A stretch of DNA of 64,000 nucleotides. It comes from Takakia lepidozioides. Lineage: Eukaryota > Plantae > Bryophyta. The stretch is taken from positions 9,796,001 through 9,860,000 of the forward strand of contig CM060732.1 in the NCBI GenBank assembly GCA_030704615.1. Reading direction: 5' to 3'. A program made the translations under genes and the position numbers. The notes beneath the pieces were generated by a model. The model saw only the letters and a list, made by a program, of their open reading frames with translations, searched no databases and had not been told where the DNA came from. Shown piece by piece: positions 37,956 to 51,849 of the stretch (position 1 is the first letter of the stretch; each line of letters starts with the position of its first letter).

Positions 37956-38534
37956 GGATAGTGCAACACGGGAAAAAATTCCCAACTTACTTGAGCATGG
38001 ATTTCATGCATATTTTTGGCTTCCCTTGGCTTGTGAGGGCATGCATACTTGTCACAGTTCATTATTGATAAAAATTCCTTTGAACCAAAGTTCCACTTTT
38101 TGCGCAATGTTGCATTTTGTTGTATGTTGACTTTTGGCAGCGAGGGTCTGGCACTCAATCTTGTAATCAGACCCACTGGAATGCCACCTCTGTCAGTTCC
38201 CTCTGTCCATGGGGAAGGTGCTTGCACGCTCGCCCCCCCACGCTTCTTGTCAGACGCCGTAATGATTGGTTTGCGCAACGCATCTGCACATGTCATATAC
38301 CTTCTGACTGCATACCATTGGCAGTTATTGCGCAAAGGCCAGGGGCCGCATTCCGCAGACAAGGTTCATTAACTCTCTGATAGTGGATTTTCGGGAGAGT
38401 GGGCTCCCCGGATTCGTGAATAGGCTTCGTCGCTTGCAAAAATCGGCCCTGCATTCCTTCCCCTCGCTGCATCCCCCCTTCTCCCAGGGCGCTTGTCTGA
38501 ATGCCGCCCTAGCAATCTTGTGTGCACATCTCCC

Positions 38535-41500
38535 ATGGCAGAAAACCCGAGCGCTATAGTGTACTGCCCTCCTCACGAGCATAGAGCTACATTTCCGTGC
38601 AGAGGGGAAATCTGTCGGGTGATGGAGAAATATCTCTGCGTTCGATACCACCTGAAACCGGGGTCGGTATTTTTGGAGGAGGAAAGGAAGGATTCAAACG
38701 GAGTTGTAGTCGAAAGTATTGTTGTGCTCCACGATGATTTCGGCGACGGCAGGGAATGGCGAGTTCCACCATCGAACATCGTCATATACAGGGATGTTGG
38801 GGACTTCATTTGCCCACCAAATGCGCCTTCTATCCTGGCGTCTTCCATGAAACAATCCGCGAATCAGAGAGTGGGTACCTCAAAGAGAGAAGTCCGCAAC
38901 GAAGTAAATCCAAAGCCGAACCCATCAATGAAGACGAGCGAGAACCGGGTTGTTCACAACCTGTCCGACTCCGACGAGGTCATGGAAGTTCCGAGATCAT
39001 CCTGGAGATCAGGCAAGTCCTCAATGGACATTAGCGGACGAGAGAGTCATATTCCCAGCACGAACACAGCAGTTCGATCCATTCTTGAAATTCTACGGGG
39101 GCTTCACATGGAGGGACACCGCTCAGAGCTGGCTGGGTTGGACTACAGCAAGTTCGCCATTAAATCCGTTACATGCCTTCCCACAGACGTCGACAATAAT
39201 ATGTTCTTTGAGTTCCCTCCTCGAACGGACTATTCAAGGGGGTCCGGAATGTTGACAGATATGGATAGGAAACATGACGGTCATCCTTGGTGCGTCACCA
39301 AAACCACCAGCATGAAGATGCTCGATGGTGTGCGGGTGCGCTACGTTGTTTGTGCGGGCGTGTTGCGGTGTTTCTCCCCGACTTGCTTCTACTTTAAATC
39401 CAGAGGTCACAGGAACGAGACGGATTGGACAAGCACAACTCATCAACCATTTCGAGCTCAGGAGAAGGTTCCAAACTCCACATTTAAGTGTGCGCATTGC
39501 AAAGAACCACCACATTGCATGTCTGTTTGAAATGCCAAGTAGTTCTATGTGTTGCACCATTTTTCTGACCTCACACGAGCTTGCATACACGTTGGTTCCC
39601 ATTGTCACAAATTGTCGAGGGGGAACTCGCGGGAGGCTGCCCACGAGGAGGTTAAGTTGAGACCTGGTGCCAAACCCAAACAGATATAGCTGCAGGCCGC
39701 CCATAAGATGGCATTGGCCAGAATTATGTTGGAAGACGGCTCCGACAAAGTTCCTCTCGATGAGAAGGAAATGGAGGCATTGCTGGAGTCAGTGTCCCAC
39801 GTCTGTTCACCGAATGTCCGAAACCACATCGTCTCCTGCAAACAGAAAATTTGGCGTGGCTCGGATATGCACTCCATTCTGGAGGTGAAGCGACGATGTG
39901 GATATGACTACATTCATGGAAGTAGGTTTCCTGGACAAGGGACTGAGGTAGATCGTTGTCGTATTCAAAATGTCAACGTGTGGGCCTGGCAGCGGCGTCA
40001 AATTGGTCGACCGGATGACGAGTGGGGACTTGTCAAACAGTTGGGTCATGTTTGACCATATCAAGCGAATTACAAATCACTAGTGGGTGACAATGGCTGC
40101 ACATGTCTACGACACCCACTGCAGGATGCTAATGACAATTGCTATTTGTGAGATGAAAGGAGAGGACACATAATCGGAGATGCTTATTTGGCAGGGAATA
40201 AACGAACAGATGGCCAGGGCGGGATTGCCCCCTCCCAATTCCCGTGGTTTCATGGCGGACAACGCACAAGCAAATTGGGCTGCCATCCGAAGGGTGTACG
40301 GGGAAGACCCCAATGTTCCGATGGAAGGCAAGGAGAGATCTTGTGGGTTCCATTTTCTGCAGAGCTTGTCGCAGTACACAACCCGGCTCGTGGCGCCAGA
40401 TTTCAGAGAGGAGCACCGTTCCATGTGTCTTGCGTGGAAGCGTGCTCCCACCTTGGATGATGCAGAGACACAGTTTGCATGTATACGGGCTTGGTGGACA
40501 ACGTCAGGTGCTGTAAAGAAATCAGACGAGGGAGCAATGGTCAGTTGGCTAGCATGGTGGCATTATCGTTTCCTCCAGTAGGGCAACTATATGCGGGAGG
40601 TGAGTTGGACAAATTCACGTCCCGTTCAATATTATGCTAGTCATTATTTGTAACTTGCTTGTAACCTCAACATGTGCATGTGCAGGAAATGTGTCTGGAC
40701 TCCGACACCGACATGCCGACAACAAACATGGCCGAATCAGTACATTCTTCTTGGCGTGCCTCCTCTGCGGCGCATCTGGTGGACATCCTCACTGCCACAA
40801 CGGAGGACATTGTGAAGTCAAATATGCAGCAATGCAGGTACAACGAGTTCTTGAAAGGGAAACAGTGGGGCTTGGGGCCGGATAGGCAGGAAATGCTGAT
40901 GCGGACTGCCTCCAGATCGAAGAATCCTCGCAAGTGGGCGGCAGCCTTGCAAGAGGGCCTTTGGGACACGCCATTGCTTCGAAGAGGCCAACACTTGGAA
41001 GGAGATGTTCACACCCGTCCAGTGAGACGAAGACTTGACGAGGCACCTGGCGGAGAAGAGGATTCATGGCGAGCTGACAAGAATATTCGCATGCTCCCTC
41101 GTGGTCCCGCGATGTTGCCCGAGGAGGTCTCGTCGAGCACCGCAAGTCCTGCACATTCAAGATCGTCATCTCCTTTGAGCACAGGGCACGTGCCCAAGGA
41201 ACATAACAAGCCATCTGTAGTAACGCAGTACAACATACCCATTGTGGAGACAAGAGTGTCGGAGTCACAATGGAGAATTGAAAAGACATTGCCGGCATTT
41301 TGAGGGAAGTGTTGCGCCATCCGGGTGGATACGAGAGCACGTTGTGGTGAGATGATTCGGAGGAACCCACACGGTGCTGTACCTGCACCTTGTTTCAGCG
41401 GCAGATTTTTGACTCCCACATTCTCTCACGCCACAACGCAGACGTTTTGGTTCTGTAGGCACGACATAATGACCTGTGTATTTGGCAAGCCCAAGTACGA

Positions 41501-42103
41501 GATTCAGGGAATGTCGGAGCCTCCGGGCGTCTGGCCTGTTGCACCGGGTTGCAACCTCTTTCAGAATGAGGTGGATGCTCTTTCTGCAGCAGGATTTTGA
41601 ATGGTGCAACGCGCAGATGTCCCGGCCCACTCGTTTCCAGTTCCTTAGACCCAGCCATTGCAGACTGCTCGGTCCAGTAGAGACGGATTGGACAATTCTG
41701 CACATCCCACAATGCGATTCGGAAGAGTGAAGAGACGACACCCTCCCAACAAGTTGAATGAGACTCGGATTGCCAATGCTCTTGGGATGGCTTGCACTAT
41801 TCAGAGCTCCGTGGACATACCCCCACCCGGCCTTGGGCGTGTTTATCGGATGGCAACGGCCGGCTCAGCTGTACGCGACGACGTATACACAATTATGATT
41901 GGAGTGGAGCCGACTTGCAATTGTACGGATTTCTCGTTGATGGAAGCAAGAAGGGGTCAAAGTATTATCCGTGCAAGCATCTGTATTACATTTACCTGAA
42001 GAGGTTGAGGATGAACTTGACTATTGATGACTTTATTCATGCACCAGCATTGAGCGTGAACGAGCTGCACAAACTCCTCCGCCGGGATTCCAGAAATCAT
42101 TGA
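38535..42103 (+). pseudogene. MULE-type transposase: GCM-like N-domain, DDE core, SWIM
   Basis: DGHPW..CAGVLRC..C..CAHC; FDH, FMADNA, CGFH, TNMAESVH; CNCTDF..CKHLYY; several stops; intron ~40600-40686. Confidence 0.88.
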
Positions 42104-42890
42104 TGGGGCAAAGAAAATCCACCATATGGATATTTGCAATTGCATTTTGATGCATTAGACTTTGTTTTGCAGTGTAATGAATTGCACCCCAAAACTCTTG
42201 GAATGAGACAGACAATATTAAAGTGATGTCTTTTAAACACTATGGACTGCTGGATATCCGTTGACGTCCAGTGGCAATTCAATGTCGAAACAGAATCAAT
42301 ACAAAGATGGGCGGCAGGAAAAATTTGCAAATCTTTCAGAAAACTGAGTTCCAACAGTTGCAGTTGAGGGGGCCATTTTTGGAAAAATGGCGCCGAATTT
42401 CCCTATTTTGGGCCGAAAACTGACTAAGTCCCAACATTGTCTGGAAACGATGTTTGGAAAAATGGCGCTGAATTTCCAGTTACATGGCCCAGAACTGCCC
42501 AACATTTGTGCAATGCCCGGCACCATGTACCAAAATTCGGCGCCACATTTCCAAATTTTGGGCTTACACATCTGCCATGTTGGGACCTATAGCCGCGAAA
42601 TTCAGCACCATTTTTCGCCAGAGACACCTATTACCGCGAAATTCGGCACCATTTTTGCAGATGTAGCTCGAAATTCGCATAAGCGGAAGACGAAATATCA
42701 TGAGCACGGCTCTCAAAACTACAATTTTTCCTTCAAAAAATGAATATTATATTGGGTTTTTTTTTTTGACACATTCCATTAAAATATATTTTTAATGTTT
42801 TTTATTTCCGGAATTTGTACTTCTGCTCATGAAAACCGATTGTCTTGCTACTCCGCTCATGCCGCTCATGCTCATGAAATAGTTAACCTC

Positions 42891-42987
42891 TTCTGAGCGT
42901 GCTAAGTGCTTAGAGATATCCAACTATTCTATCTTGGAGTTTCCACCTCGGATAGCGAAAGGATGGGTGAGTAAAAGCCGTTCGACA
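42891..42987 (+). repeat. G2 3' LTR, terminal 97 bp ending in CA
   Basis: Reverse-complement match to 32507-32603. Confidence 0.85.
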
Positions 42988-43390
42988 ATAATCCATGGCA
43001 ATGTGGAGATGGCTGAATGTGCAACAACATCTATCCTCATGTGGGCTGAACATGATGCCGCGACTTATCAAACATCTATACTGCAGTTAGCAGGTGGGAT
43101 GATACTGCAACGGTGAGAAGAATGATGAAGGTCAATGGGGTTAGAAACAAGCCAGGTCGCTGCTGCATTGAGGTTGGCAACAGGGTGCACACCTTCATGG
43201 TAGATGACAAGTTGCATCCCAGAATTAAGGAAATCCATGCTGAGTTGAGAAGATTGTCTGGGAAGATGAAGGAGGCGGGGTATGTGCCTAACAGGCGCTT
43301 TGTATTGCATAATGTGGGGAAGGAGGAAAAGAAATTTTCTCTTTGCCACCACAGTGAAAAGCTGGCCATTGGTTTTGGCATATCCACGGG
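42988..43390 (+). pseudogene. PPR E/E+/partial DYW fragment
   Basis: IHGNVEMAE, PGRCCIEVGNRVHTF, GYVP, CHHSEKLAIGFG; truncated before CxxC. Confidence 0.92.
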
Positions 43391-44161
43391 AAATGATAGT
43401 GGGGTCTACCCAACATAGGTGGGAAGTCAGCCCATAATTGCACTTGACTGAAGGGGTGATATTGGATTGACTTTGGTGACAGTGGATGGAATCAGAGTGC
43501 TGTCCTAATCCTGGGTTTGGGTGGTATGGCTGTTTTTCCCTCTTATCAGAATCGGCAAGTTAGGTGCTCTCTCCATATGCGATAGTTTTTTTTTTAAGTT
43601 CCAAGCATGGTCGTTACGGACTCATGAGTTTGTGCAAAGTATGGGACGGTTTTGAGGTATTATCTTAATACAATGTCACGTGTTCTTCATCAATATTTCT
43701 TTTCGTGCTTTGATGGGATGCCCTGTATGTTCTCCAGTCTCAATCACATCCGCAATGGGATGATCAGTGGTTGCTGGGGATTGTGTTGTGTTGTTATTCG
43801 GAGACAGCAGAAATAGTATTTGCACATGTATGAACCACAACCCGCAGCCCCCAAGTCACTACAACCACTACAAGTGCCTGGTTCCCAATCCACAATCGAC
43901 GTATATCACTAGTGAAGTAGTGCATTTCAAACCTCCAGTTGCATCTATCACTTCAACCCTCTAGTTGTCAACTCCACTTGCAAGTCGTAAAGGCAACCAG
44001 CATACAACTTATTGCGCCACGCGGTGTGGCCTCAGGCCTACACGTGGCCACATCCACGATAGAGAACACGTGGCGTTTCACCGCATAGCCACGTGGTTGT
44101 ATTTCCAGCATCCTCGCCGTGGGGAAGTCCTCCCCCCCGGTCAAAAGTCCACTTGGTCAAG

Positions 44162-45029
44162 TGTTAACCGCTGGTTTATGACTTAGACAAAACAGGCTAT
44201 CAACACTACTGCCCATTTCCTAAGACATGCAACAGAGGTTGTCCGACGGTATGCTTTCAGAAATGATTACAAAGTAATCGTTTTAAGGATAGCTAAACCA
44301 TGAACATCGTAAGAATTTATCTCCTTGGAGGCTGCTTAATCCTATTGATTAAGCTTAACTTACAGTCTCTTTGACATGAGAGATCTTAGTCGTAAAGACT
44401 GAAGTCGTTCCATTCATACAACAATTGATAGTCAAGGCAAAACAAGAACTATCCTGAGATGATACACATTCTCACCATCTCACGTTCTCTCATAATGCAC
44501 ATTCTCTCCATCTCACATTCACTCTACACAGAGATACTTCGAATAGCATGGCTTTACTTCAGAGTTCGTCACATCATCACAGAAGTACACACTGAATACA
44601 CACTAATCACTGATACTCATACTCATATTGCTCCCCCTCTAAGTTGCGTGCAACCTTTTTATACTATGCTCCAAAGAGCCGTTACAGTCTGCGGTCGTTA
44701 ATGACCTTTGCCTAATTGCCTACGCAACCTAAAGATTTGCTAAAAAAGTGGCTCGTTGCAGTGGTCGTGAGCCATAGTGATAAATGGTCCACTACTCCCT
44801 CTATTGGTTAAAGCCGATGCTAACATGGCCGTGTGATATTGTGGTTCACGGCCCACGGTTACTACACTACCCACTACTGCTCCCGTGGTAATGTACCCTT
44901 GTCCCGCCATTTGCTAAGTACCGCGTACTTAGCCGTCTCTGCCTGTGGCCAGGTAGTGTACGTCCATCACTACCCGGTATGGCCTTTTGTGACCCTCGTT
45001 GTTTGTCCCTCGTAGCATAGCCGTTATCA
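44162..45029 (-). repeat. G3a 3' LTR
   Basis: TG...CA termini; inverted homologue of 60272-61142; PPT adjacent. Confidence 0.92.
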
Positions 45030-45438
45030 TTTATTCCCCCCCCTCTTTTGAAATTGTGTCCGCACAATTTCGTCAGTTCCTGTGCTTGCTGTATCTCTTG
45101 GGGATGTAAGGTGGTGGCATGCATGTCTGTGGGGTAGGAAGTGCGTCCCAGGATTGTCGTGGTGGCAGCTTCTTGTTCCTGTTGTCGTCACTATCTGGTT
45201 GCTCCTCTGGTTTGTGAGTAGGCCAGCTTTCGTCATCAGGGTGTTCTGCTATTCCGTCCCCATGTACCATGTCAATTTTTGTGGTCAAGGTTTCTCGGTA
45301 GGTTTGCAGCTCCTCCTTGGTCCAGGGTATAATGTGTTTAGTCGCCCTGTTGCCCATTAACCAGTTAACAACTTGGATCCCTGTTTCTCTGAAAAGGTGG
45401 TCTATGTCCAAGACCAATGGTGAAAAGTGATCCTTCGC

Positions 45439-47600
45439 CTAGCGCCATGCTTCAGCATACAATGGTCTGTTCATATATGCTGAAGTGCCTGCGACTCTCT
45501 CTGGTGGCTGGAATTTGGGTAATTCCCAGTGAGTATCTTTTTCAATACTCTCATAGCGCTGCCAGCTTCCCCTCATTGTCACGAACATCCGGTACAAGTA
45601 ACTGCCAATATAAAAACTTGGGCATCCCATTACAATGGTTACTGCCGGGGTAGGATTAATCTTCAATTGCCCCACTGCCCACATGTAAACTACCAACTCC
45701 TTGTATTCCAGGGGAGCCTGGCGCCAAAATTCAACCAATTCTGCCCCTGACCATGTCTCCTCCTTAGCCAGTGGCCTCATCCTATATCTAAGAGGGATAA
45801 GAGTTTGATTGAGAAGATACAATTGACCTAATGATCTGCAGGGGGTTAAGGTTTTGAAGACCTTCTCCAGTATCTCTGGGATTTGGTGGGCTGGGACTAC
45901 CATCATTTTAAAGTACTCCTCTGAATACTCGAGCCATTGCCCATCCTGCTTGCATGGCATGATTTGGAAATCATCCACTGCTATCGAAGTTGATGCTACC
46001 AGTACACTTGGTAGTGTTACGGGGTTTATCTCTTGAGTAGATGGCCCTGCTGTGGCCTATACCAGTGTCTGATCCTTGGTGGTGGTTGTGTTGCTGGTGG
46101 TGTTTGTGCTGGTATTGTTGTTGTTGATTGTATTGGTGTTTCTTGTTCGTGGTCTTGCTCCTCCTGATCATCTCCATGAGCTCCTCTTGTTCTGGAATTG
46201 GTGGCAAGAACTCCTCATGAATGTCTGTTACCAACTTCGCCAATTGACACTTCATCTGCCTCACCATTGCCCTGTTGAGTTTCTTCATCTCCAATTCACT
46301 CCCTTCATTCAACCAGGCTCTGGCTAAGGCTGCGTCTGTTGCATCCAACCCTGCTTGCAATGTCAGCTTCTCCAGCTGCTGTTTCCATTCCTGTTCATTG
46401 CCCATGGCAATGTCTCTTTCTGTGGTGGCTGTAAACAGCCTGCTCTCAGCATTCTCCCTTTCCCTCAGCAGTGTAGTGTTGTTGTTGAGCCACTTGGTTC
46501 CCTAATCTCTGGTAGTCCTCAGCTGCCCCTTGAGTGTCTCCACTTGTTGCTTAAGCATCTGCACCAGTCCTGTGAGTGTTTCCACTTCTGTCTCTATTTT
46601 CCGAGATCTCTCTCGCTCTGCATCGAGGTCGGCTTGGACATGGTGTGTTTTGTCTCTCTGTCTTTCCCACTTCTGCTCCCACTCATCTCTTCGTTGTGCC
46701 AAAGTGTTGTATTGGCAAAGTAAGGTCGTCTTTTGATCTTCTAACGCTGCAATTGTAACCTCATGGTTACGTACTGTTCTTGCAGTTGCCAATTCCCTCT
46801 GGTGCTTCTCTTTGATGTGGTCTAAGATCATGCTCAGGTTTTCCGGGCTGATGTAATCCTTGGCCCTGTCCATACAAGCTGTCAGTTGACCCAATGCTTG
46901 TATTGTCTGCAGAATGACATTCTGTGGCGTTTCCTCCAACCCTGTGTCCCATGCTGTTGTATCTAGAACTTGTTGTGCTAGTAGTAATTCCAAATTGGAA
47001 TTTTTGTCTTGATGTTGTTGATTCGGTGCCTCTTGCACCACCTGCTGTTGCTGTTGACACCATCTGTTGTTGTTGCTGACTCGGTGCCTCTTGCACCATC
47101 TGCTGTTGCTACGCCACTATGTCTCTCTCCTCTGTTCCTAGTTGTGTGGCCTCTGTGTGTGCTGCTTGCTGAGCTTTGGTGTTGCCATGGCTAATTTCCA
47201 TGGGCGTTGCTTCGTTGGTCTGTGGTTGGTTCCCTCCTTCTGGTTGTTGATTCTCCCCTTCTCTCTGCACTGGGGAATCAGCCGTCGAGTTGATGATGTC
47301 CTCTGCTGCTGCACTTGTGGTTGCTTCGTTGATCCGGGCTCTCTTTGCAAGTCCGCCCTCTTCTTCTTCCTGACCTGCTGCCGTCTCACTTCCTTCTTCC
47401 TCCATTGTATCTACCCGTTGCATAATCCCCAACGTCGCTTGCTCTTCGGGCGTTAGGTGTATAGTATGTCGAATCATTTGGAGTAACAAGGGAGTCGTCA
47501 TGGTGATAGTTGCTTCCTTCTTCTTCTTTGTCAATCGGGTCACTCTTAGTCTTGCGGTTGCTGTAAGGAATTGGAGCATCAATTCCTGTATCACAAGCAG
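45439..47600 (-). pseudogene. G3a extra 3' ORF (coiled coil plus unknown domain)
   Basis: ORF pieces collinear with 57824-59863. Confidence 0.75.
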
Positions 47601-50174
47601 TATGAAGCACACTGGAAGTTGTGTATACAACAATTTCCAGTTTGCGGAAGAGAAGGTGAGGAGTTCGCTTCTGGGTTTAAGTAGGGGTTCTCCTCTGTAG
47701 GCTTCTCCTCTAACTTCTCTTGAGGTTGTCGTGGAGGTAATTATGTCATGCTGGTTGCCTAGGTTTAAAGCGCAGTTAGCTTTAATTGCTGGGCCCAGGC
47801 TTACCAAGAAGCATTTAGCTTCTGGTAACGGTTTTGAGAAAACTTCGCCCTTTTTGTGCCTGATTTTCTTCCGTTGGTGTTTTTTTTGTGATTTGTTCTG
47901 GATTGAACCGATGATTGTTGATGATGGTCTAGTTTCGGCCAGTTTATGTTCATCCATCTTGGATGTGTTCATCCACTTTGGTACGTGGTCTATCTTTAGA
48001 TGGGCGGCGTGGGTGCAGTACTTGCAGCTTGGTTTAATGGCTTTGCCCTTATCATCCGCCGTCTTTTGGCAATCCATTGGATTGCGCCGTCGTTCTACCT
48101 CCGTGTTATGATCGAAGGGTAGTGGTGTATGATTACTTCGGTCGGTGGAGTGGTCTGAAACGTACATCTCAGAGTTTAACACAAGCAATGACTCGTTGGC
48201 TGCTTCGTATTTGTTCAGGTTCTATAAGGCATCTGTGTTGGCCACGGTTCACCATACAGTATACGGGGTGGTAATGTTGTCCTCCAGATGAATGGTGGTC
48301 TAGCCGTCGTGGTGCCCTGAATTCGTGTTGCCACCTGTCTTAGTACATGCTGATTCGCCGTGTCGTGATGAATGTAGTATGCACTGGCGGTTTCACGCTC
48401 CTCATCTTTAGTTTGATTTTCCTCGTTGGCGTATAAGTCATGTATAAGGGCTTTGTTATGTATTCCTTGGTAGCCTTCATCGGTTCGTAGTGTGGGTATC
48501 ATACATTCAATGGGTAATAGTGCCTCTGCTCCATACACTAGTTGAAATGGTGTATGTTCCGTGGTCACCTTGTATGATGTCCTGAATGCCCATAGTGTTG
48601 TGTTCAATTAGTGTCCCAATCTGTTCGATTGGCATTTACTATCTTGGTTAAGATAGTGTATAATATCTTGTTGGTAGATTCGGCCTGGCCGTTTCCTTGG
48701 GGATAGTAAGCAGTACTCTTGTGATGTACGATCATGAACTCCTCTGTCAAGCATTTTATGGCATCATTTATAAAATGTGATCCTTGATCACTGACGAATT
48801 CCAGTGGGCAACCAAATCGTGTGATGATGTTTTCATATAAGAATTTGGCTGTCGATCTGGCAGTGTTGTCTCTTAGTGCCTTGGCCTCTACCCATTTTGG
48901 TAGTGTAGTCAATGGCTGTGAGGATGTATTGGTTTTGGGTATACCTTGCTGGAGGTTTAATGGGTCCCACGAAGTCTAGCCCCCAGCGCTGAAATGGTTC
49001 TGTTGGTAGTATTGGGTGCAGAGTACCCTTCCCAGTTCGTTCTACTGGTCCCATCCTCTGGCAAACATCCGTTGGCAGTGTTCATAAGTATCTCCAAATA
49101 CAGTAGGCCACCAGTAATCTGCTAATAATATCTTCTTTGCTGTCAAGTCCGAACTGAAGTGTCCTCCTGCAATTCCTTCGTGTAGTTCTTGCATCACGGT
49201 TTTGGCTTGTTCTTGGTTTACACATCTCCTCATTATGGAGTCAATTCCTCTTTTGTACAAAATCCCCTTGATTACTGTGTATGGCTTGCTTTTCATCGAA
49301 AGCTTCCTCCTGTCATCTTTGGTGTAGTCTTCAGGGAATTTCCCTGTGTTCAGATAGTATTTGATTGGCCATTGCCAATCATTTTAATCTTGATCCTGAA
49401 TGTCTTCTGATTCTTCTTTGATGACTGTATAACACTACAACACACCCTATGTAATTTCGACGATTTAGTTTGACGCTGGCGTTGACTGTTGTCACTTTCG
49501 ACTGTTCCAACCATTTTGCAGTCAAAATTTATATTAAAATATTCGAGGTGCTAGACAACCGCGAAAATTTTGACTGTAGTGAGAGATTTTGACTACCTAA
49601 AATGAGCTAACCGAGACAACCAGTTAAGCAATGGCATGTGTAATCACAATATATAAACTATATATAGCAATATATACGTGGATAATAAGAAGTAAAAACA
49701 TTTAACTATTTTTTCACTGACCCAGCACATTAATAGTAAACTAATCGTGTGCTGGTTAAGGTTAGTGAAACAAAACAACTGAATTATCTGAACGAATAAC
49801 AAACAAACGCCTTTGGATGAACATATGAAAGGTTAGTGAAACAGAACAACTGAATTATCTGAACGAATGATAAACAAACGCCTTGCTGGCAGCTATTGGA
49901 TGAACGTATGAAATATAATTTGTGTGCACTGGATGAACGTATGAATGAACGATAAAGCAAACGCCTTGCTGGCAACTGTTGGATGAACGGAAAATTAAAT
50001 GGATGGATGGATAGATTGATGGAAAACCCAAAATCCATCCATCTACGATACATTCATCCAAATAATTCAAAATGGATTTAGGGTTGCGGGATTGCGTTCA
50101 GCGATGAGTAAATTATGGGACTTGATCGTTTTGCTGTGTTTGCGTGGGAGGATCTGCAGGATATGCAATAGCTT

Positions 50175-50990
50175 GGGTGGACAACCACAATCGCAGGTGT
50201 GGCTTTTCTTAATGTACGATGTGAAGATGTTTGTCCATCCTGCAAATGTGGGCTCTTAGTACCATGATTTGGTATTCTTCCTGATGTTTACAACGTTCTT
50301 GGGAGAGTCGGCTTGGTCTTAGCAGGCCGTGTTTCAATCTCCGCCCGCTCAGCTTCATCGTGGTGGTTATCGCAGACCAATCCTCTCGCAGACCAATCCG
50401 ACATTACCTGACTATAGACACAAGCAGCACACACAAGAGGTTGTCAGTCAAATCCTCGATGGGTCATGACACAAGGTCGAGGACAATGTGGTGAGGGCAC
50501 CTTCTTCGACGTCTTTCAGCCTGTTTTGCCCGCTCATCAGACTCGGCCCTGAATTTGTAGCACGGAGCAGAGCAGGCATGAATTTTGTAAAGATCCTTCA
50601 CGATGGTGCGACAACCGCAATCGCAAGGTGTGGCTTTTTCTTAATGTACGATGTGAAGAAGTTTGTCCATCATGTAAATGTGGGCTGTTGGCTCCTGTTA
50701 GTACCATGATTTGGTATTCTTCCTGATGTTTACAAGGTTCTTGGGAGAGAGCTTGGTCTTAGCATGCCGTGTTTCAATCTCTGCTTAGCTGCACCGTGGT
50801 TGTTCTCACAAACCAATCCGACAGTTCCTGACGATGGACACAAGCAGCACACACAAGAGGATCTTTGGGTTGATGGTCTGTCAAATCCTCCATGGGTCAT
50901 GACACAAGGTCAAGGTCGACAATGTGGTGAGGGCACCTTCTTCTTCAACCTATTTCTGCCTGTTTTACCCTCTCATCAGACTCGGCCCTG
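50175..50990. repeat. Diverged tandem duplication, period ~430-440 bp, inside the CACTA
   Basis: GACAACC.CAATCGCA...CATCAGACTCGGCCCTGA occurs twice. Confidence 0.85.
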
Positions 50991-51849
50991 AGATGCATAT
51001 TGAATTATGTAAGTTAGCTCGTTGGGTGGACTCTTTGTAATCCAACAAGCATTCACCTTTTTGCCTCAATTGTCCCGCCATTGCCTGGGGTCAGAAAAGT
51101 ATCAGAATTCAACATGAAAATTTAGGGCCAATTTTGATAAGAGGAAAAAACAGGGTGAAATTTGTTGAAGAAGGTACCTTCATTAGCAGTGCCTGATTTT
51201 ATCAATTGAGCCGCTGGAGCTGTGGCTTCCAGTTCACCATCTACTCATGCATGTTTCGTGTAGCTATCCTTCCACAGGGAATCAGCAGATGCAATTGACC
51301 ATATGAACTAGTGTGATAAGTTGAGTTAGGTGTTTCCTAGAACAAATCTAGGCTGTCATTGTCAGGTGCTAGCAGTAAGGCAAGGATGCAGTATGCATGA
51401 TTTGTGCAGAGGCATGGATAGCTGAAGAGAGCATGGGATAGAGTGTGGGTCCAGGTTCATCCAAGAGGGCTGGACTTCAAGCTCCAGATTACCTATGATT
51501 CCATGTGGATCAATAGCTACAAGAAATCTACATGGGTAGATGGTCAAGTAAAGGTAGCAGCTGCAGCGGCACAGTTGATATAATCAAGCACCTCAACCAT
51601 GACCACAGCTTCTGAAAGAGGATCAAGAGAGGGAGTCCACAATGCCTCTTCTGCTGGGCATGTGAAGATGCTTTGTGAGGCAGGCAGACTTACAGAGGCT
51701 CTTTAACTTTAAACTAACAAGGCATTTCAGCAGATTCAGATACGTCTTCTGTCTCTTGCTTAAGTGCATCAAGATGAAAGGTCTGGAAGCTGGAAACAGG
51801 TGCACACTCACATTATCCAAAGTGATTAACGCCAAATGTTTTTCTACTC

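Larger units (their letters stand above)
36263..42890 (+). mobile_element. MULE-2 main body with B-type end
   Basis: Transposase, subterminal repeats, end CTCATGAAATAGTTAACCTC followed by TTCTGAGCG (9-bp TSD). Confidence 0.9.

Noticed and set aside
51195-51245. FYQLSRWS as a distant last exon of BCCIP
   Set aside because: No acceptor site; better exons lie at 15040-15096 and 15366-15464
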